Counted from the first letter of the stretch, positions 19,177 to 30,272 are shown. The stretch is DNA of 64,000 nt from an uncultured Pseudomonadota bacterium (GCA_963843375.1 CAWJKT010000006.1:64001-128000); one strand, 5' to 3'. Notes: a model not told the origin generated them from the sequence alone. Numbers and translations are program-made.

Positions 19177-22050
19177 ATGTACGCTAAATATAAGTTGATC
19201 TTCGGGCTGATCCTTTTACTGTTTATTTCCCTCGCCGCCATCGCCTACCTCAACCTCAAGTACTTTGAGAAGAGCACCAATTCGATTGACCACTCCCATC
19301 AAGTTATCCATTCGCTCCAAAAGATCTACGCCGGCTTGAAGGACGCCCAGGCTAATTATGCCGATTTTCTCCTGACCCAAAATTCCAATTATTCCATGTC
19401 CTGTAATTCCGACATGGAGGAAGTCCAGGAGGAATCCAAGAGGATAGGGGATTTGGCCGGCGGCGATCCCCTTCTTCAAAAGAACATGGACAATCTTAAA
19501 GACCTCGTGGACAAAAAATGCTCCTCCATGCGCAACGGTTTGGACGAGGCGATGACCGGGCACGTTGATTTGGCCGTCCGGAGCCTTCAAAAGAACAGCG
19601 AGAAAAAAAGCAACGAAGACATCAAAGCCTTAGTCGATGAAATGTCGCGAATTCAAGTCTGGCTCCTGAAGAACGGCAAAATTTTCGAGGATGCCGAAAC
19701 CGAAAAAAGCAGCCGTTTGGTGGTTTGGGGTTCCCTTTCCGCCCTGATGATTTGCGCCTTGGCGGGTTATTTCATCAACCGTCAAATCAGCGAACGGCAG
19801 GCGGCTCTGAACCAGTTGAAATCCAGCGAGGAAAAATTCCGGTTCCTTACCGAGACCGCCAACGATTCTTTCATCACCACCGATTCCCAAGGTGCGATCA
19901 CCGATATCAATCCCGCCGGGGAAGGGATGTTCGGTTTTTCCAAATCCGAGTTGGCCGGGAACCCCCTCTCGTTGTTGATGCCTCAAAAATTCAATCATGA
20001 AGGAACCGACTTATCCATTGAGAAATTCATCACCAATGTCTCCGCCATCCAAACCCTTGAAATTTCAGGTCGTCGAAAGGATTCCTCGGTTTTTCCCCTG
20101 GAAGTCTCGGTTTCAAAGTGGGAAACAAAGGCCGGGACCTTTTACACCACGATTTCCCGCGACATTACCGAAAGAAAATTTTTCATTAAGACCCTTTTGA
20201 ACAACGAACACCGGCTTTTCCAATTCCTGGACGCCATTCCGCTGGGGGTTTTGGTCCGGGACCCTACCGGCGCCCCCTATTACAGCAATCAAGCGCATAA
20301 TGAATTGTTTGGAACCGACATGGTCAAAAATAAAACGCCCATCAATCAAACACCCGAAGCCCACCATCTTTTCATTGCCGGAACAAATCAACACTATCCT
20401 TTTGACCAATTGCCGGGGGCAAAAGCCCTATTGGGGGAAAAATGCCATATTGACGACATTGAACTGCACCTTTCAAATCGCGTTATCCCTTTGGAAGCTT
20501 GGGGAACTCCCATTCAAGACGAGAAAGGGGGGGTCAAATTCACCTTGACCGCCATCATGGACGTGAGCCGCCAGAGGGAAATCCATGAAGCTACGAAGGA
20601 ACGCGAGGAATTTTTCAGGAATTTGTTCGAGGAAAGCCCCATCGGAATGACCCTGTCCTTTCCCGACGGCACTTTCGTCAACGTCAACCGGGCTTTCGGG
20701 AACATGCTGGGCTATTCCAAAAATGAGTTGGTGGGCCGTTCCATCCAGGACTTTACCTTTTCCGATGACCGGCCCACCGAAAAATCCCTCGACCAAAAAC
20801 TTTTCGATAAAATCCTGCCAAAGTACCAGATCGAAATACGTTACACCCCCAAAAAAGGGGGCTTCCTCTGGTGCAAAGTCTCCGCCTCGGTGATCCGAAA
20901 CCTGGAGGATGAACCCCTATTCCGGCTCGCCATCGTGGAAAACATCAGCGAACAAAAAAATATTGAACTCGAACTAAGAGAGAGTGGGGAAAAATTTCGC
21001 ATCCTCACTGAATCGGCCAACGACGCTATCATTTCCATTGATTCCAAAGGCGCTATCATTATTTTCAACCCTGCCGCGGAAAAGATTTTTGGCTACACCC
21101 AGGCGGAAGCCCTGGGCAAGCCCTTCACCTTCTTGATGGTCGCGGCTTCCTGGAAGGCCAATATGGAGCTCATCCAAAATTACCTGGCCTCGGGCAAATC
21201 CACCATTCCGGGGCGAACTTTGGAACTGGATGGCAAACGCAAAAATGGGGAGGAATTCCCCGCCGAGATATCCTACTTCTCCTGGAAAACCGAATCCGGC
21301 ATTTTCTTTACCTCCATCATGCGGGATATCACCTGGCGCAAGCAGGTCGAAGAAATGAAAAACGACCTGATATCAGTCGTTTCCCATCAGCTCAAAACTC
21401 CCGTGGCCGAGATCAACGGCTATATCGAAAACATGCTGGACGGGGTAACGGGAGATCTATCTGAAATCCAAAGGGAATACCTGATGGATATGCGCGTTAT
21501 CGGAAATAGGAATTATCGCCTGATTTCTGACCTGTTAAGCATGTCCAAAATCGAGAGGGGCGTCATGACGGTGGATTTAAACCCTGTTCGATTGGGAGAA
21601 ATTGTAGAATTGGCGCTGAGTGATTATGAATCCATGAGCGCCAAGAAAAACCTCAAGTTCACGGTGGATAAAACGCCTTCAGATATTTGGGTCCATGCCG
21701 ACAAGGAAAAATCCGCGGAAGCCCTGAGGAATATTATCGATAACGCCATCAAGTGCACCGACCAGGGTTCCATTCGAATCCACCCCATGCGCCAAGGCCG
21801 CTTTGGAGGAATCGAAGTTTCCGACACCGGAATTGGAATGACGGCGGCTACGCTTGAACGACTCTTCACGAAATCCCGGGTTTTAGGTTCCGAGGCCTCC
21901 AGGTCCGGAGCCGGTCTGGGGCTTTATATCGCCAAAAGTTTCATGAACCTGCAAAAGGGCGATATTACCGTGACCTCCGAATTGGGGAAAGGCAGCACTT
22001 TTTGCGTTACAATGCCTATTACGGAAGATAAAGGGGGAACAGATGTCTAA
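19177..22050 (+). CDS. Sensor histidine kinase CHASE3-PAS x4-HisKA-HATPase
   Basis: Two TM helices around a CHASE3-like helical domain, four PAS repeats, SHQLKTP H-box, NIIDNAIK, DTGIG, GAGLGL. Confidence 0.9.
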   Translation: MYAKYKLIFGLILLLFISLAAIAYLNLKYFEKSTNSIDHSHQVIHSLQKIYAGLKDAQANYADFLLTQNSNYSMSCNSDMEEVQEESKRIGDLAGGDPLLQKNMDNLKDLVDKKCSSMRNGLDEAMTGHVDLAVRSLQKNSEKKSNEDIKALVDEMSRIQVWLLKNGKIFEDAETEKSSRLVVWGSLSALMICALAGYFINRQISERQAALNQLKSSEEKFRFLTETANDSFITTDSQGAITDINPAGEGMFGFSKSELAGNPLSLLMPQKFNHEGTDLSIEKFITNVSAIQTLEISGRRKDSSVFPLEVSVSKWETKAGTFYTTISRDITERKFFIKTLLNNEHRLFQFLDAIPLGVLVRDPTGAPYYSNQAHNELFGTDMVKNKTPINQTPEAHHLFIAGTNQHYPFDQLPGAKALLGEKCHIDDIELHLSNRVIPLEAWGTPIQDEKGGVKFTLTAIMDVSRQREIHEATKEREEFFRNLFEESPIGMTLSFPDGTFVNVNRAFGNMLGYSKNELVGRSIQDFTFSDDRPTEKSLDQKLFDKILPKYQIEIRYTPKKGGFLWCKVSASVIRNLEDEPLFRLAIVENISEQKNIELELRESGEKFRILTESANDAIISIDSKGAIIIFNPAAEKIFGYTQAEALGKPFTFLMVAASWKANMELIQNYLASGKSTIPGRTLELDGKRKNGEEFPAEISYFSWKTESGIFFTSIMRDITWRKQVEEMKNDLISVVSHQLKTPVAEINGYIENMLDGVTGDLSEIQREYLMDMRVIGNRNYRLISDLLSMSKIERGVMTVDLNPVRLGEIVELALSDYESMSAKKNLKFTVDKTPSDIWVHADKEKSAEALRNIIDNAIKCTDQGSIRIHPMRQGRFGGIEVSDTGIGMTAATLERLFTKSRVLGSEASRSGAGLGLYIAKSFMNLQKGDITVTSELGKGSTFCVTMPITEDKGGTDV

Positions 22051-22633
22051 GGGAACCATATTAATCGTGGAGGACCAGCAGGGATTCCGGCGGATTTACC
22101 ACGATGTCCTGGTCAATGACGGATATGACATAATAGAAGCACAAGACGGGGAAGAGGGTTGGAATATGGTGAAAAGCCATAAACCCCATCTGGTTTTATT
22201 GGATCTCGGGTTGCCGAAAATTGATGGATTTGAAGTTTTAAAACGAATTCGCGCGGACGCGGAAACCAAGAATATCCCGGTCATCATCTTTTCTGTCCTG
22301 GGCGAACAAAAGGACGTGAAAAAAGGGTTGGAGCTGGGCGCCAATGATTACACGGTCAAAGGCTTCTATACCCCCCGGCAAATCCTGAGCAAGATCAAAG
22401 GCCTGATGAGCCAGGTGGACGTTAAAAAAAGCGTCCATTCCTACAATTTAAAAATCGACGGTGCAAAAGAGGACGCCCCGACTCTCCAAAGTGAAATCGG
22501 CCTTTCCCAAGGCTATCATTGCCCCCATTGCGGCAGCGAAATGGTCTTGGAGCTTTTCCCCGATTACGTTCGCAATGAAGGACATTGGTTCACCGCCCAT
22601 TTTGTCTGCCACAAATGCGGAAAATCCTTTTAG
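22043..22633 (+). CDS. Response regulator: receiver plus C-terminal zinc-ribbon-like domain
   Basis: IVEDQ, VLLDLGLP, IFS, VKG; tail CPHC...CHKC; overlaps the kinase stop. Confidence 0.85.
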   Translation: MSKGTILIVEDQQGFRRIYHDVLVNDGYDIIEAQDGEEGWNMVKSHKPHLVLLDLGLPKIDGFEVLKRIRADAETKNIPVIIFSVLGEQKDVKKGLELGANDYTVKGFYTPRQILSKIKGLMSQVDVKKSVHSYNLKIDGAKEDAPTLQSEIGLSQGYHCPHCGSEMVLELFPDYVRNEGHWFTAHFVCHKCGKSF

Positions 22634-22700
22634 TTAAAATTATTTATTTTCTAAATATAAAAATCGAGTTGAACACATAGTCAAAGTTAGGGGATGAATA

Positions 22701-23333
22701 ATGGAACCCATTGAAAATAAAGTTGAATCAACCAACGCCCCAGTGAAAAAAGGAACCATCCTGATTATGGAAGATCAGCGCGGTTTCCGGCGCATCTACC
22801 GGGACGTACTCGAAAAGGATGGCTACGAAGTACTGGAAGGCGCCGATGGCGAGGAAGGCTGGGAAATTATCATCAACCAAAAACCGGACTTGGTTCTTCT
22901 GGACTTGGGATTGCCGCTGATTGATGGCTTTCAGGTTCTGGGGAAAATCCGCCGTAGCGATCAGACCAAGCATATCCCCGTCATTATTTTTTCCGTTTTG
23001 GGCGAACCCCGGGATGTCAAAAAAGCCATGGATATGGGCGCCAACGATTACACCGTCAAAGGCTTCTATACGCCCCGGCAGGTTCTAAGCAAAATCCGCA
23101 ACCTCTTGAAAGACACCAAGCAACAAAACGCCATCAATTCCTATCGGCTTAAGACCAGCGGGGAAAGCAAAGATGCGGGTCGACTGGAACAGGACTTGGG
23201 ACTGGAAACGGGATTCAAATGCCCCCAATGCAGCACCCAAATGGAAACGGAGTTCTTCCCGGACTATGCCCGGGCCGATGGTCATTGGTTCGCGACGCGT
23301 TTCGTCTGCCCAACCTGTGAAAAACCCTTCTAG
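22701..23333 (+). CDS. Response regulator: receiver plus C-terminal zinc-ribbon-like domain (paralog)
   Basis: Highly similar to the previous gene; tail CPQC...CPTC. Confidence 0.85.
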   Translation: MEPIENKVESTNAPVKKGTILIMEDQRGFRRIYRDVLEKDGYEVLEGADGEEGWEIIINQKPDLVLLDLGLPLIDGFQVLGKIRRSDQTKHIPVIIFSVLGEPRDVKKAMDMGANDYTVKGFYTPRQVLSKIRNLLKDTKQQNAINSYRLKTSGESKDAGRLEQDLGLETGFKCPQCSTQMETEFFPDYARADGHWFATRFVCPTCEKPF

Positions 23334-23436
23334 GAAATAGGCCGGAGCCTTAATTTAACGGAAACGTTACTTTTATGTCACAGACTTAAGCTCTACCCCA
23401 CCTAAACTTGGCTTCCAAACGAGTGTTGGAGTCCTC

Positions 23437-24672
23437 CTGAAAGTCGCTTACTTTACCGAAAGCCTGCCCCCCCTTACCGACGGAGTTGCCCGAACCTATA
23501 CCCGTCTCGCCGAAACCTTGAATTCAAAAAAAATCGACTTTCAATTTTTCGCTCCCGTTTTTCCATCCGAAACCGAACCCTGGAGGGGACGGGTTAAAAA
23601 AGTTCCCTCGGTTCCCTTCCCCCTTTACCGCTATTACCGGGTCGGTATTCCTTATGGCCAAAAGCTGGACGTGGTTTTGGATCGATTCCAACCCGACCTA
23701 ATCCAAGTCGCGGCTCCGACTCCCCTTTGTATTTACGGACAAAATTACGCTTTCCGGAAAAAACTTCCATTGGTCGCCAGTTACCACACCCATTTCGTCG
23801 ATTATTTCCCTTATTACGGTTTCAATTGGGCCGTGGATTTGGGCTGGCAATACATGCGATGGTTTTATAACCGGAACCTGGCCACCTTCGCTCCTACTCC
23901 CGGAACCATATCCGAATTGGCCGGGAGGGGATTTCAGAACGTCCAGGCATGGCCCCGGGGAATTGACAGCCATAAATTCTCGCCCTCCCACCGGAATATG
24001 GCTTTGAGGAAAAAACTGGGTTTAGGAAAGGAATACCTCCTGCTTTTCGTGGGTCGCATGGTGGGAGAAAAAGACTTAGCCGATTTGGCCAAGGCTGCCC
24101 ATTTACTGCGGAAAAAAGGATACAAGTTCCAATTGGCCTTTGCCGGGGACGGGCCTTACCGTTCCATCATGGAAAAACAATTTCCAAAAGACCATTTTTT
24201 TGGATTTATCCAGGGACGGAAGCTTTCCGAGCTTTACGCCTCATCGGACCTTTTCGTCTTCCCTTCCACAACCGAAACATTCGGGAACGTTGTATTGGAA
24301 GCTTTTGCCTCCGGATTACCCGTGATCGGAGTCCGCAAAGGGGGAGTCGCCGACTTGGTTCAAGACCGGATCAACGGTTTCCTGGCCCGACCAAACCATT
24401 CGGAGGATTTTGCCCGTCGAATCCAATTCTTCCTGGATCATCCAGCCGCCATGCAAAAAGCCAGAAGAGGCGCCATCGCTACCGCCACCCATTACGACTG
24501 GCCAACCATCAATGGACGCTTGATCAATCACTATGAATTTCTGATCCGGGAATATAAAGGAAAAATCCCCAAGCTGCATGAAGGCTTAGAGGAACCCCAC
24601 CCATGGAAGTCCCAACTTCAAATTCTAAAAAAAGCCCCACCTAAAAGAATTGCCGGTTACAAAGCTTCCTAA
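23437..24672 (+). CDS. Glycosyltransferase family 4 (MgtA/PimA-like); probable CTG start
   Basis: In-frame N-terminus KVAYFTESLPPLTDGVART precedes the tracked ORF; FVGR..EK, FVFPSTTETFGNVVLEAFASGLPV. Confidence 0.9.
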   Translation: MKVAYFTESLPPLTDGVARTYTRLAETLNSKKIDFQFFAPVFPSETEPWRGRVKKVPSVPFPLYRYYRVGIPYGQKLDVVLDRFQPDLIQVAAPTPLCIYGQNYAFRKKLPLVASYHTHFVDYFPYYGFNWAVDLGWQYMRWFYNRNLATFAPTPGTISELAGRGFQNVQAWPRGIDSHKFSPSHRNMALRKKLGLGKEYLLLFVGRMVGEKDLADLAKAAHLLRKKGYKFQLAFAGDGPYRSIMEKQFPKDHFFGFIQGRKLSELYASSDLFVFPSTTETFGNVVLEAFASGLPVIGVRKGGVADLVQDRINGFLARPNHSEDFARRIQFFLDHPAAMQKARRGAIATATHYDWPTINGRLINHYEFLIREYKGKIPKLHEGLEEPHPWKSQLQILKKAPPKRIAGYKAS

Positions 24673-24731
24673 GTCCCATCATTTAAACTTTATCCCCCGC
24701 AAAATAACGCTTTCCCTTGTAAAATGACCTT

Positions 24732-25391
24732 GTGAATAAAATCCTTGTTTTGATAATCCTTCTTTGGGGAAGCCATGTCGCCGCCCAAACTACCGAAGTA
24801 CCCAATTTCAGCATTTTGGGACAAGTGGGAATGGAGCAATGCACGGGTTATTTGGGAAGCGCCAATCCCGCGCCCGCCGGAGGTTTATGGCTTGGCATTG
24901 GCCTGAACGATCGCTTTGACGGTCTGTGGGGCATTGATTATTTCACCATGCCCAATCAGCAAATCACCGTACCCCTCACCCCAAACACTTATAATTCCGC
25001 TACCTCCATGGTCATTGCGCCCACCGATGACCTTTCCTTTACCGTCAATACGCGTTGGTATTGGGCTTCCAAATATGACCAAATCCATAAAAGATTCAAC
25101 ACCGTACCTTATCTGGTGGGGGGATTCGGAATGGATATGGTCGTGGATGAGTATCCCCGTCCCCAAGGGACCAATCTATTTGGAGCGTCATTTGACGCCC
25201 TCTTCGCCCTCAATGTAGGGATGGGAATCGATCTTCCCATCGGGGATGACAAACAATGGTTCTTGTACGGTGAAGGTTTGGATCATTTGATTGCCTGGCA
25301 GGGGTTGACACAAATCTATTCGCTAAGGGTCGGCTTTAAGGTCATGCTGGACTCCGCCCACGTGGATCCTTTTCGGGGCTTTTTACAATAG
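24732..25391 (+). CDS. Probable small outer-membrane beta-barrel protein
   Basis: Signal peptide, amphipathic strands, PYLVGGFG, YSLRVGFKV. Confidence 0.6.
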   Translation: MNKILVLIILLWGSHVAAQTTEVPNFSILGQVGMEQCTGYLGSANPAPAGGLWLGIGLNDRFDGLWGIDYFTMPNQQITVPLTPNTYNSATSMVIAPTDDLSFTVNTRWYWASKYDQIHKRFNTVPYLVGGFGMDMVVDEYPRPQGTNLFGASFDALFALNVGMGIDLPIGDDKQWFLYGEGLDHLIAWQGLTQIYSLRVGFKVMLDSAHVDPFRGFLQ

Positions 25392-25437
25392 AACCTCCGT
25401 CGACTTTCACCCTTCCCCGGAAAATCTCCCAAATCCA

Positions 25438-26550
25438 TTAAAGCTTTTGGGGGCAGCCCATTTGGACTTTCTCGCTTTTTCGCCCATTATATTCATAGCC
25501 CTTTTCGAGGATTTTTTGAATCATCACGGCCTGCTCATTTTGTTCGGCTAAGGGCTCGGGCCGGCCCGAACTCAGGTCCAGGGGAACTGCCTTCCACTGG
25601 GGCGACTTTCCTTTGCGCAAATCCACTAGCAGAACGCAGCTGCTCAGGCAGGCGTCGTATTTCAGGTCGAAAAGAAAGTTTCCCAAACTATAGGCCACCA
25701 AGGTTTTTCCCAATTTCTGAACCTTTTGGAGAACATGGGGATGGGCCCCAATGACTAAGTCGGCCCCGCCTAAGTGCAGGGCCTCGGCTAGCTTTTTTTG
25801 GAGATGATTTGCCCCATAATATTCCGCCCCCCAATGCACCAGGACGATGACGTAATTGGCCTTAGACCTGGCTTTTTTGATTTCGGGAAGGATGACGGAG
25901 GAAAGAGCCACCTCAACTCCAGGCCTTTTCCCTTTGGCTTCGAATTTACCTGGACAAACCGAGCAAAAGCCCAGGAAAGCCAGCGTCACCCCTTGGGTGA
26001 CGACGTAAACAGGTTCCTGGCTTTTCCCACCGGACTGGGCAAGGCCTGTGTGCAGGATTCCCCGGGAGTCGAGTCCTTCTATTGTCTGTTCCATAACCTC
26101 AGGTCCGTAATCCAGCACATGGTTGTTGGCCAAAGTCACGAGTCCAATCCCGGCGTATGAAAGTGCGTCCAGGTCCCGATTTTTTCCTTTCAAGTAGACC
26201 GATTTCTTGGTGTACTTCTCCCCTCCCGCGCCCACCGGGGATTCCAGATTGGCCACAACCAGATCCGCATCGTCAAAAATCGGCTTGCAGGCCTCGAAAA
26301 CCCATTGATCCCCTTTTTTTCGCAAGAGACCTTTTACACGGCGGCCCAGATTGATGTCCCCCACGAAGGCTATCCGAACATGCCCTAAATCAACGGGGCG
26401 AAGGGGACGATAATCTTTGGATTGCGCCGGAGTTATGGGCGTGGTCGTCGGAGTGGAAAGATTCTGAAAGGATCCGGCTTTGCAGAAACTTACCGGCAAC
26501 AGGGATAGGGAAAAAAGAATCCAACAGGAACGAAAAATTATTTTATTCAT
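25438..26550 (-). CDS. CapA (PGA_cap) family metallophosphoesterase
   Basis: FVGDINL, NLESP, LANNHVLDYG, HWGAEY, GAHPHVLQ, YSLGNF. Confidence 0.92.
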   Translation of the reverse strand: MNKIIFRSCWILFSLSLLPVSFCKAGSFQNLSTPTTTPITPAQSKDYRPLRPVDLGHVRIAFVGDINLGRRVKGLLRKKGDQWVFEACKPIFDDADLVVANLESPVGAGGEKYTKKSVYLKGKNRDLDALSYAGIGLVTLANNHVLDYGPEVMEQTIEGLDSRGILHTGLAQSGGKSQEPVYVVTQGVTLAFLGFCSVCPGKFEAKGKRPGVEVALSSVILPEIKKARSKANYVIVLVHWGAEYYGANHLQKKLAEALHLGGADLVIGAHPHVLQKVQKLGKTLVAYSLGNFLFDLKYDACLSSCVLLVDLRKGKSPQWKAVPLDLSSGRPEPLAEQNEQAVMIQKILEKGYEYNGRKSEKVQMGCPQKL

Positions 26551-26599
26551 TACTTAAAGCGACGTTTAATTTTAACCTGTGGAAAATTAATTTCATCCG

Positions 26600-27364
26600 T
26601 CAATCCAACTCTTGGTTCAAAACCCTGAAAAATTCATCCCGGGCTTGCTTCTCCATCCAAGGAGTATGCCCGCATTTTTCCAGTAGGATGAACCTGAAGT
26701 TTTTGAGCGCTTGGGACAATGGTTTCTGGACTCCTTCCGCCGGGTGGGGATCATGGTCGCCGTGAACCGCGAGAACGGGACATTGAATCTGCTCGGCCGC
26801 CTTTAGAAGTTTCCCGCTTTTTCGAAGTTTCTTGGCTTCCGGCCAAACACCTTGGTAAATATCCGGGCGCAACTCCACACCCTCAATTTTGATCGGCAAA
26901 GGATCGTAATAATCGGTCCCGGCCATGATTTCACCGAACCGGGCAAAGGCCTTGGGATCTTCCAGTTTTTTTTCAAGGATCTGGACTTCCCTTTGTTCCT
27001 CCCAATTCAAGCGATTGACGCGGTTCCGGCGGACTTCCGCCGCGTACTTTTCCTCAAACGGACCGCTTGAAACCAAAATGATTTTTTTGACCAAGACTGG
27101 ATAGCGGGCGGCCAAAAGGAAAGCCAGCCAGGCTCCCCAAGAATAGCCCACCAGTGTAAAGGGGTCGTCCCCATGTCTATTCAGAATTAAACGCAGTTCC
27201 TCAACCTGGCCATCCAGGGAATCCACGGTCTGAAGCGGCTCCAAAATTCCTCGTTGAGCCGATAATTCAGCGGCGACCGGAGCCATTTCGCCGCTGACGC
27301 CGGGCCCCCCATGCAAAAGCGCAACCCTATAAGGCGGATTGCCATAAGTTCGTGGATTATTCAT
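26600..27364 (-). CDS. Alpha/beta hydrolase
   Basis: LHGGPG, GYSWG nucleophile elbow, HGDHD, CGHTPW. Confidence 0.92.
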   Translation of the reverse strand: MNNPRTYGNPPYRVALLHGGPGVSGEMAPVAAELSAQRGILEPLQTVDSLDGQVEELRLILNRHGDDPFTLVGYSWGAWLAFLLAARYPVLVKKIILVSSGPFEEKYAAEVRRNRVNRLNWEEQREVQILEKKLEDPKAFARFGEIMAGTDYYDPLPIKIEGVELRPDIYQGVWPEAKKLRKSGKLLKAAEQIQCPVLAVHGDHDPHPAEGVQKPLSQALKNFRFILLEKCGHTPWMEKQARDEFFRVLNQELD

Positions 27365-27462
27365 GCCGTTGGTTTATCCCTAGGTTCTTCATAGTAAATA
27401 GTCTGATCAAAGCCCAATCGGAAGGCAAGCCAAAACCCCTTAATCTAAACAATTTAAGGCCT

Positions 27463-27491
27463 TTGCCTGGCGGTGGCGATCAGGGTACACT
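27463..27491 (+). promoter_or_regulatory. Sigma-70-type promoter of the PilZ gene
   Basis: TTGCCT-N17-TACACT. Confidence 0.5.
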
Positions 27492-27537
27492 TGGAGCAAG
27501 TTGTGCCACAAGGTAACAGGCGAAAAGGCGGTAAGGA

Positions 27538-27996
27538 ATGACGATTCAAAAAGGGTGGATGGAACAGCGCCGCCACGAACGCGTGGCGACCACCTTAAAA
27601 ATCTCCTACCGGATTTTAGAGGATAGCGAAAAAGCAGGGACTCTTGAGCAACCCCGCTACAATCAAACCAAGGCCGAACATCTTCCCAATTTATCCCAGA
27701 GATTTCAGGTCTACCACGCCGTCACCCGTGATATTTCCGAAGGCGGCCTTTCTATCAATGGTGAAAAACCTTTTATCCAAGGCCAACATGTTGAAATGTC
27801 CATAGTCCTTCCCCAATACAATGTCCCGGTCACTTTCCTGACCGAAGTCATGCGCGCCGGTTCTTTTTTCGAGATGGGAAAAACCATGTATAGCGCAGGC
27901 GTCAAAATCCTCGCCCTGAACCGGGAAGACATGGACCGTTTAATGAAATACGTTCTTTCCGAGAAGCTCCGTCAACAAGCCGGTAAGCGAAATTAA
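27538..27996 (+). CDS. PilZ domain protein (c-di-GMP receptor)
   Basis: RRHER (RxxxR) and DISEGG (DxSxxG) motifs intact. Confidence 0.9.
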   Translation: MTIQKGWMEQRRHERVATTLKISYRILEDSEKAGTLEQPRYNQTKAEHLPNLSQRFQVYHAVTRDISEGGLSINGEKPFIQGQHVEMSIVLPQYNVPVTFLTEVMRAGSFFEMGKTMYSAGVKILALNREDMDRLMKYVLSEKLRQQAGKRN

Positions 27997-28120
27997 TTCA
28001 CCCTCCCAAGGTAAATAACCCTGAAAAAAAGGGACGCTGCTTTCATTCAAGTGTTTTTCCAGGAAAGGCCACTTAAGAAACGAAGCTTTTTCCTTTCTTC
28101 CTTTGTCGACGCCACCCGGC

Positions 28121-30272
28121 TCATTTTTGCCCGGCGGCCCTGAGGGATTCGTCCAGGGTGGGCCGGAGTTCCTTTTCCGAGTCTTTCTGCAAACCGGTTA
28201 AAAAAGCGATCACCGACGGCGTATGAAAATGGCCCAGAGCCTCCAGCGCCGCCCGTCGGACCTCCAGACTCCTGTTTTTCTTGCCTTCCATCATCTTGTA
28301 CTTGTCGGCCCATTCCATGAGGAACCCCACGCCAGAAGGATCTTCCAATTCCCCCATGACCTGGCAGGCTTTTACCCAAAATAACTCACGATCCTTTGCG
28401 CGGGCAGAGTTTTGTTTGACGGCCTCGCCTATCAATTGTCCATCCCCTTCTAGTCCAACTTTTGAAATCACCTGGAGCGCTTGCAGTGCCAATGGATTTT
28501 CCGGCTTCTTTAAAAGTTCGAGGAGGAGGCCCCTAAAATCGGATCTTTTCCACTGTTCCACGATTTCCAAAATTTTCAATTGGGCGGCCGGTCCAAAAGA
28601 GGTCCAATGCCGCTCGAAATAATCGGCCATTTCCCCCGTGAGGGGCTTCACTTTGAATATTTCCAGGAACTTTTCCAGTTGCCCCCTTTTTTCCGGCCAT
28701 TCCAGCCAAAATTCAAAAACATGGGCTCCCCCAACCTGCAAGGCGTATAAAAAATCCACCGCTTTTTTCCAATCGGCGCTTTCCAGAGATTCGTCCTCGA
28801 TCTTTCGGAACAGAAAAGGGGTCGCCCGGTTACCCAATATCGTGAAAAGTTTCAAAATTTCTTCGCCATCGCGGGTCTCCGCCTGGTACCTTTTCATGAG
28901 CGAGTCCAGTATGGGTTCGCAAAACATGGTTTCCAATGCCACTTTGGCGGCCTCGTTTTGCTTTTCAAAAGCCGGGGGCTTTTTCTCGGCAGCCGTTTTC
29001 AACAACCGTGTCATCTCCAATATTTCTTCCCAATCGGGATGGGCCAATTCCGAGGGAATCCAATCCTGAACCAGGGTTAGGGCTATGGGATAAACCGCCG
29101 ATCGATGAGTTTCCGAAAGAAATTTCCTCAAATTTCGAAGGCCATCTTTTTGAAGAATCCGGGGTATCCCGTTCCATTGCAACCGATTCAAATGCCTCAG
29201 ACAAAGGGCTTGGGTTTTTTCGTCACCCGAATTTATCTTTTCCCACAAAGCGTTCCAAAAGGTCTCGAAAATCTCCAGTTTTTCCGGTTCTTGAAGGCCG
29301 GAAATATGTTGGTTTACTTTTTCTTCAAAGTTGGGATCCCAAAAAACTTCCCAACGTTGCTCGTCAATCGCCGTGAGAACTGGGTCGGCTTCAAAAAGGG
29401 AGGCCTGGTCTGGAATATAGCTGGGGGGCGGGGCTTGCGGAAGAGAATCGCTGGCCCCGGGAACCTGGATTCCCTGGGTCTCGCCCAAAAAAACTAATTT
29501 CTTGAGTAATTCCTCCATACTGATTTGGACATCCTTAACAGGTGCCGCGACGAGATTATTTTTAAGGGCCATGAACCCGCCAAATACCTCGGTCCAGGCT
29601 TGGGCCGTTGCCGGTGGAGCCTTGGGGTGTTGGGGATTCGTTTCATCACCCTCCGTATTCAACCAATTTCCCATATTGTCCATAAGCTTCCGGGCCAATT
29701 CATGTTTATTACTATCGGGCCTAACCTTCGCGAATATCTGAAGAAAATATTGGAGCGCTTCGAGGGCCTCCTGCAGATTTTGTTCACCGCCCGGTCCCCC
29801 AACAGTTCCAGCGGGAACTACCATCTTCCCCTTCCCCCACCGCCACAAAGACCTTTTCATTCGCCCGGATATGTTCCAGTGAATGCTGGACCAACGCTTG
29901 GGAAAACGAGACTCCAGTCGGCAGACCTTTGGGTTTCAAAAGCGAAAAAAGAGTCTTCACCTCCTCCGCGGCAAGCCCTTTCAACAAGGTCAGGCTGTGA
30001 ATCTTATGAGTGAGGAAAAGGTCCTTGATCATGTTGGTGGACCCCGTCGTATGCTCGTCTAAGGGAGTCCCTTCCACCACCAGCCGACCTTCCGATTCCC
30101 CCAGCATGACGGAAGGCATTTCCTGGAAAAGTCCATCCAGGGCGGTCAAAAATCTTTGGATGGAAAGAAGCGCCATATTGTTTTCGGAAGCGTAAAGGAA
30201 AAAATTGGAGAGGGATACGCGCAACTCCCGCACCATGGAAGAAGCCACTTGAATTTGAAGCGGATTCAACAT
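28121..30272 (-). CDS. HEAT-repeat protein; one gene split by a frameshift near 29825
   Basis: ORFs 29784-30272 and 28121-29860 join at FVAVGEGE/MVVPAG; C-terminal HEAT repeats (EVRRAALEALG). Confidence 0.65.
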
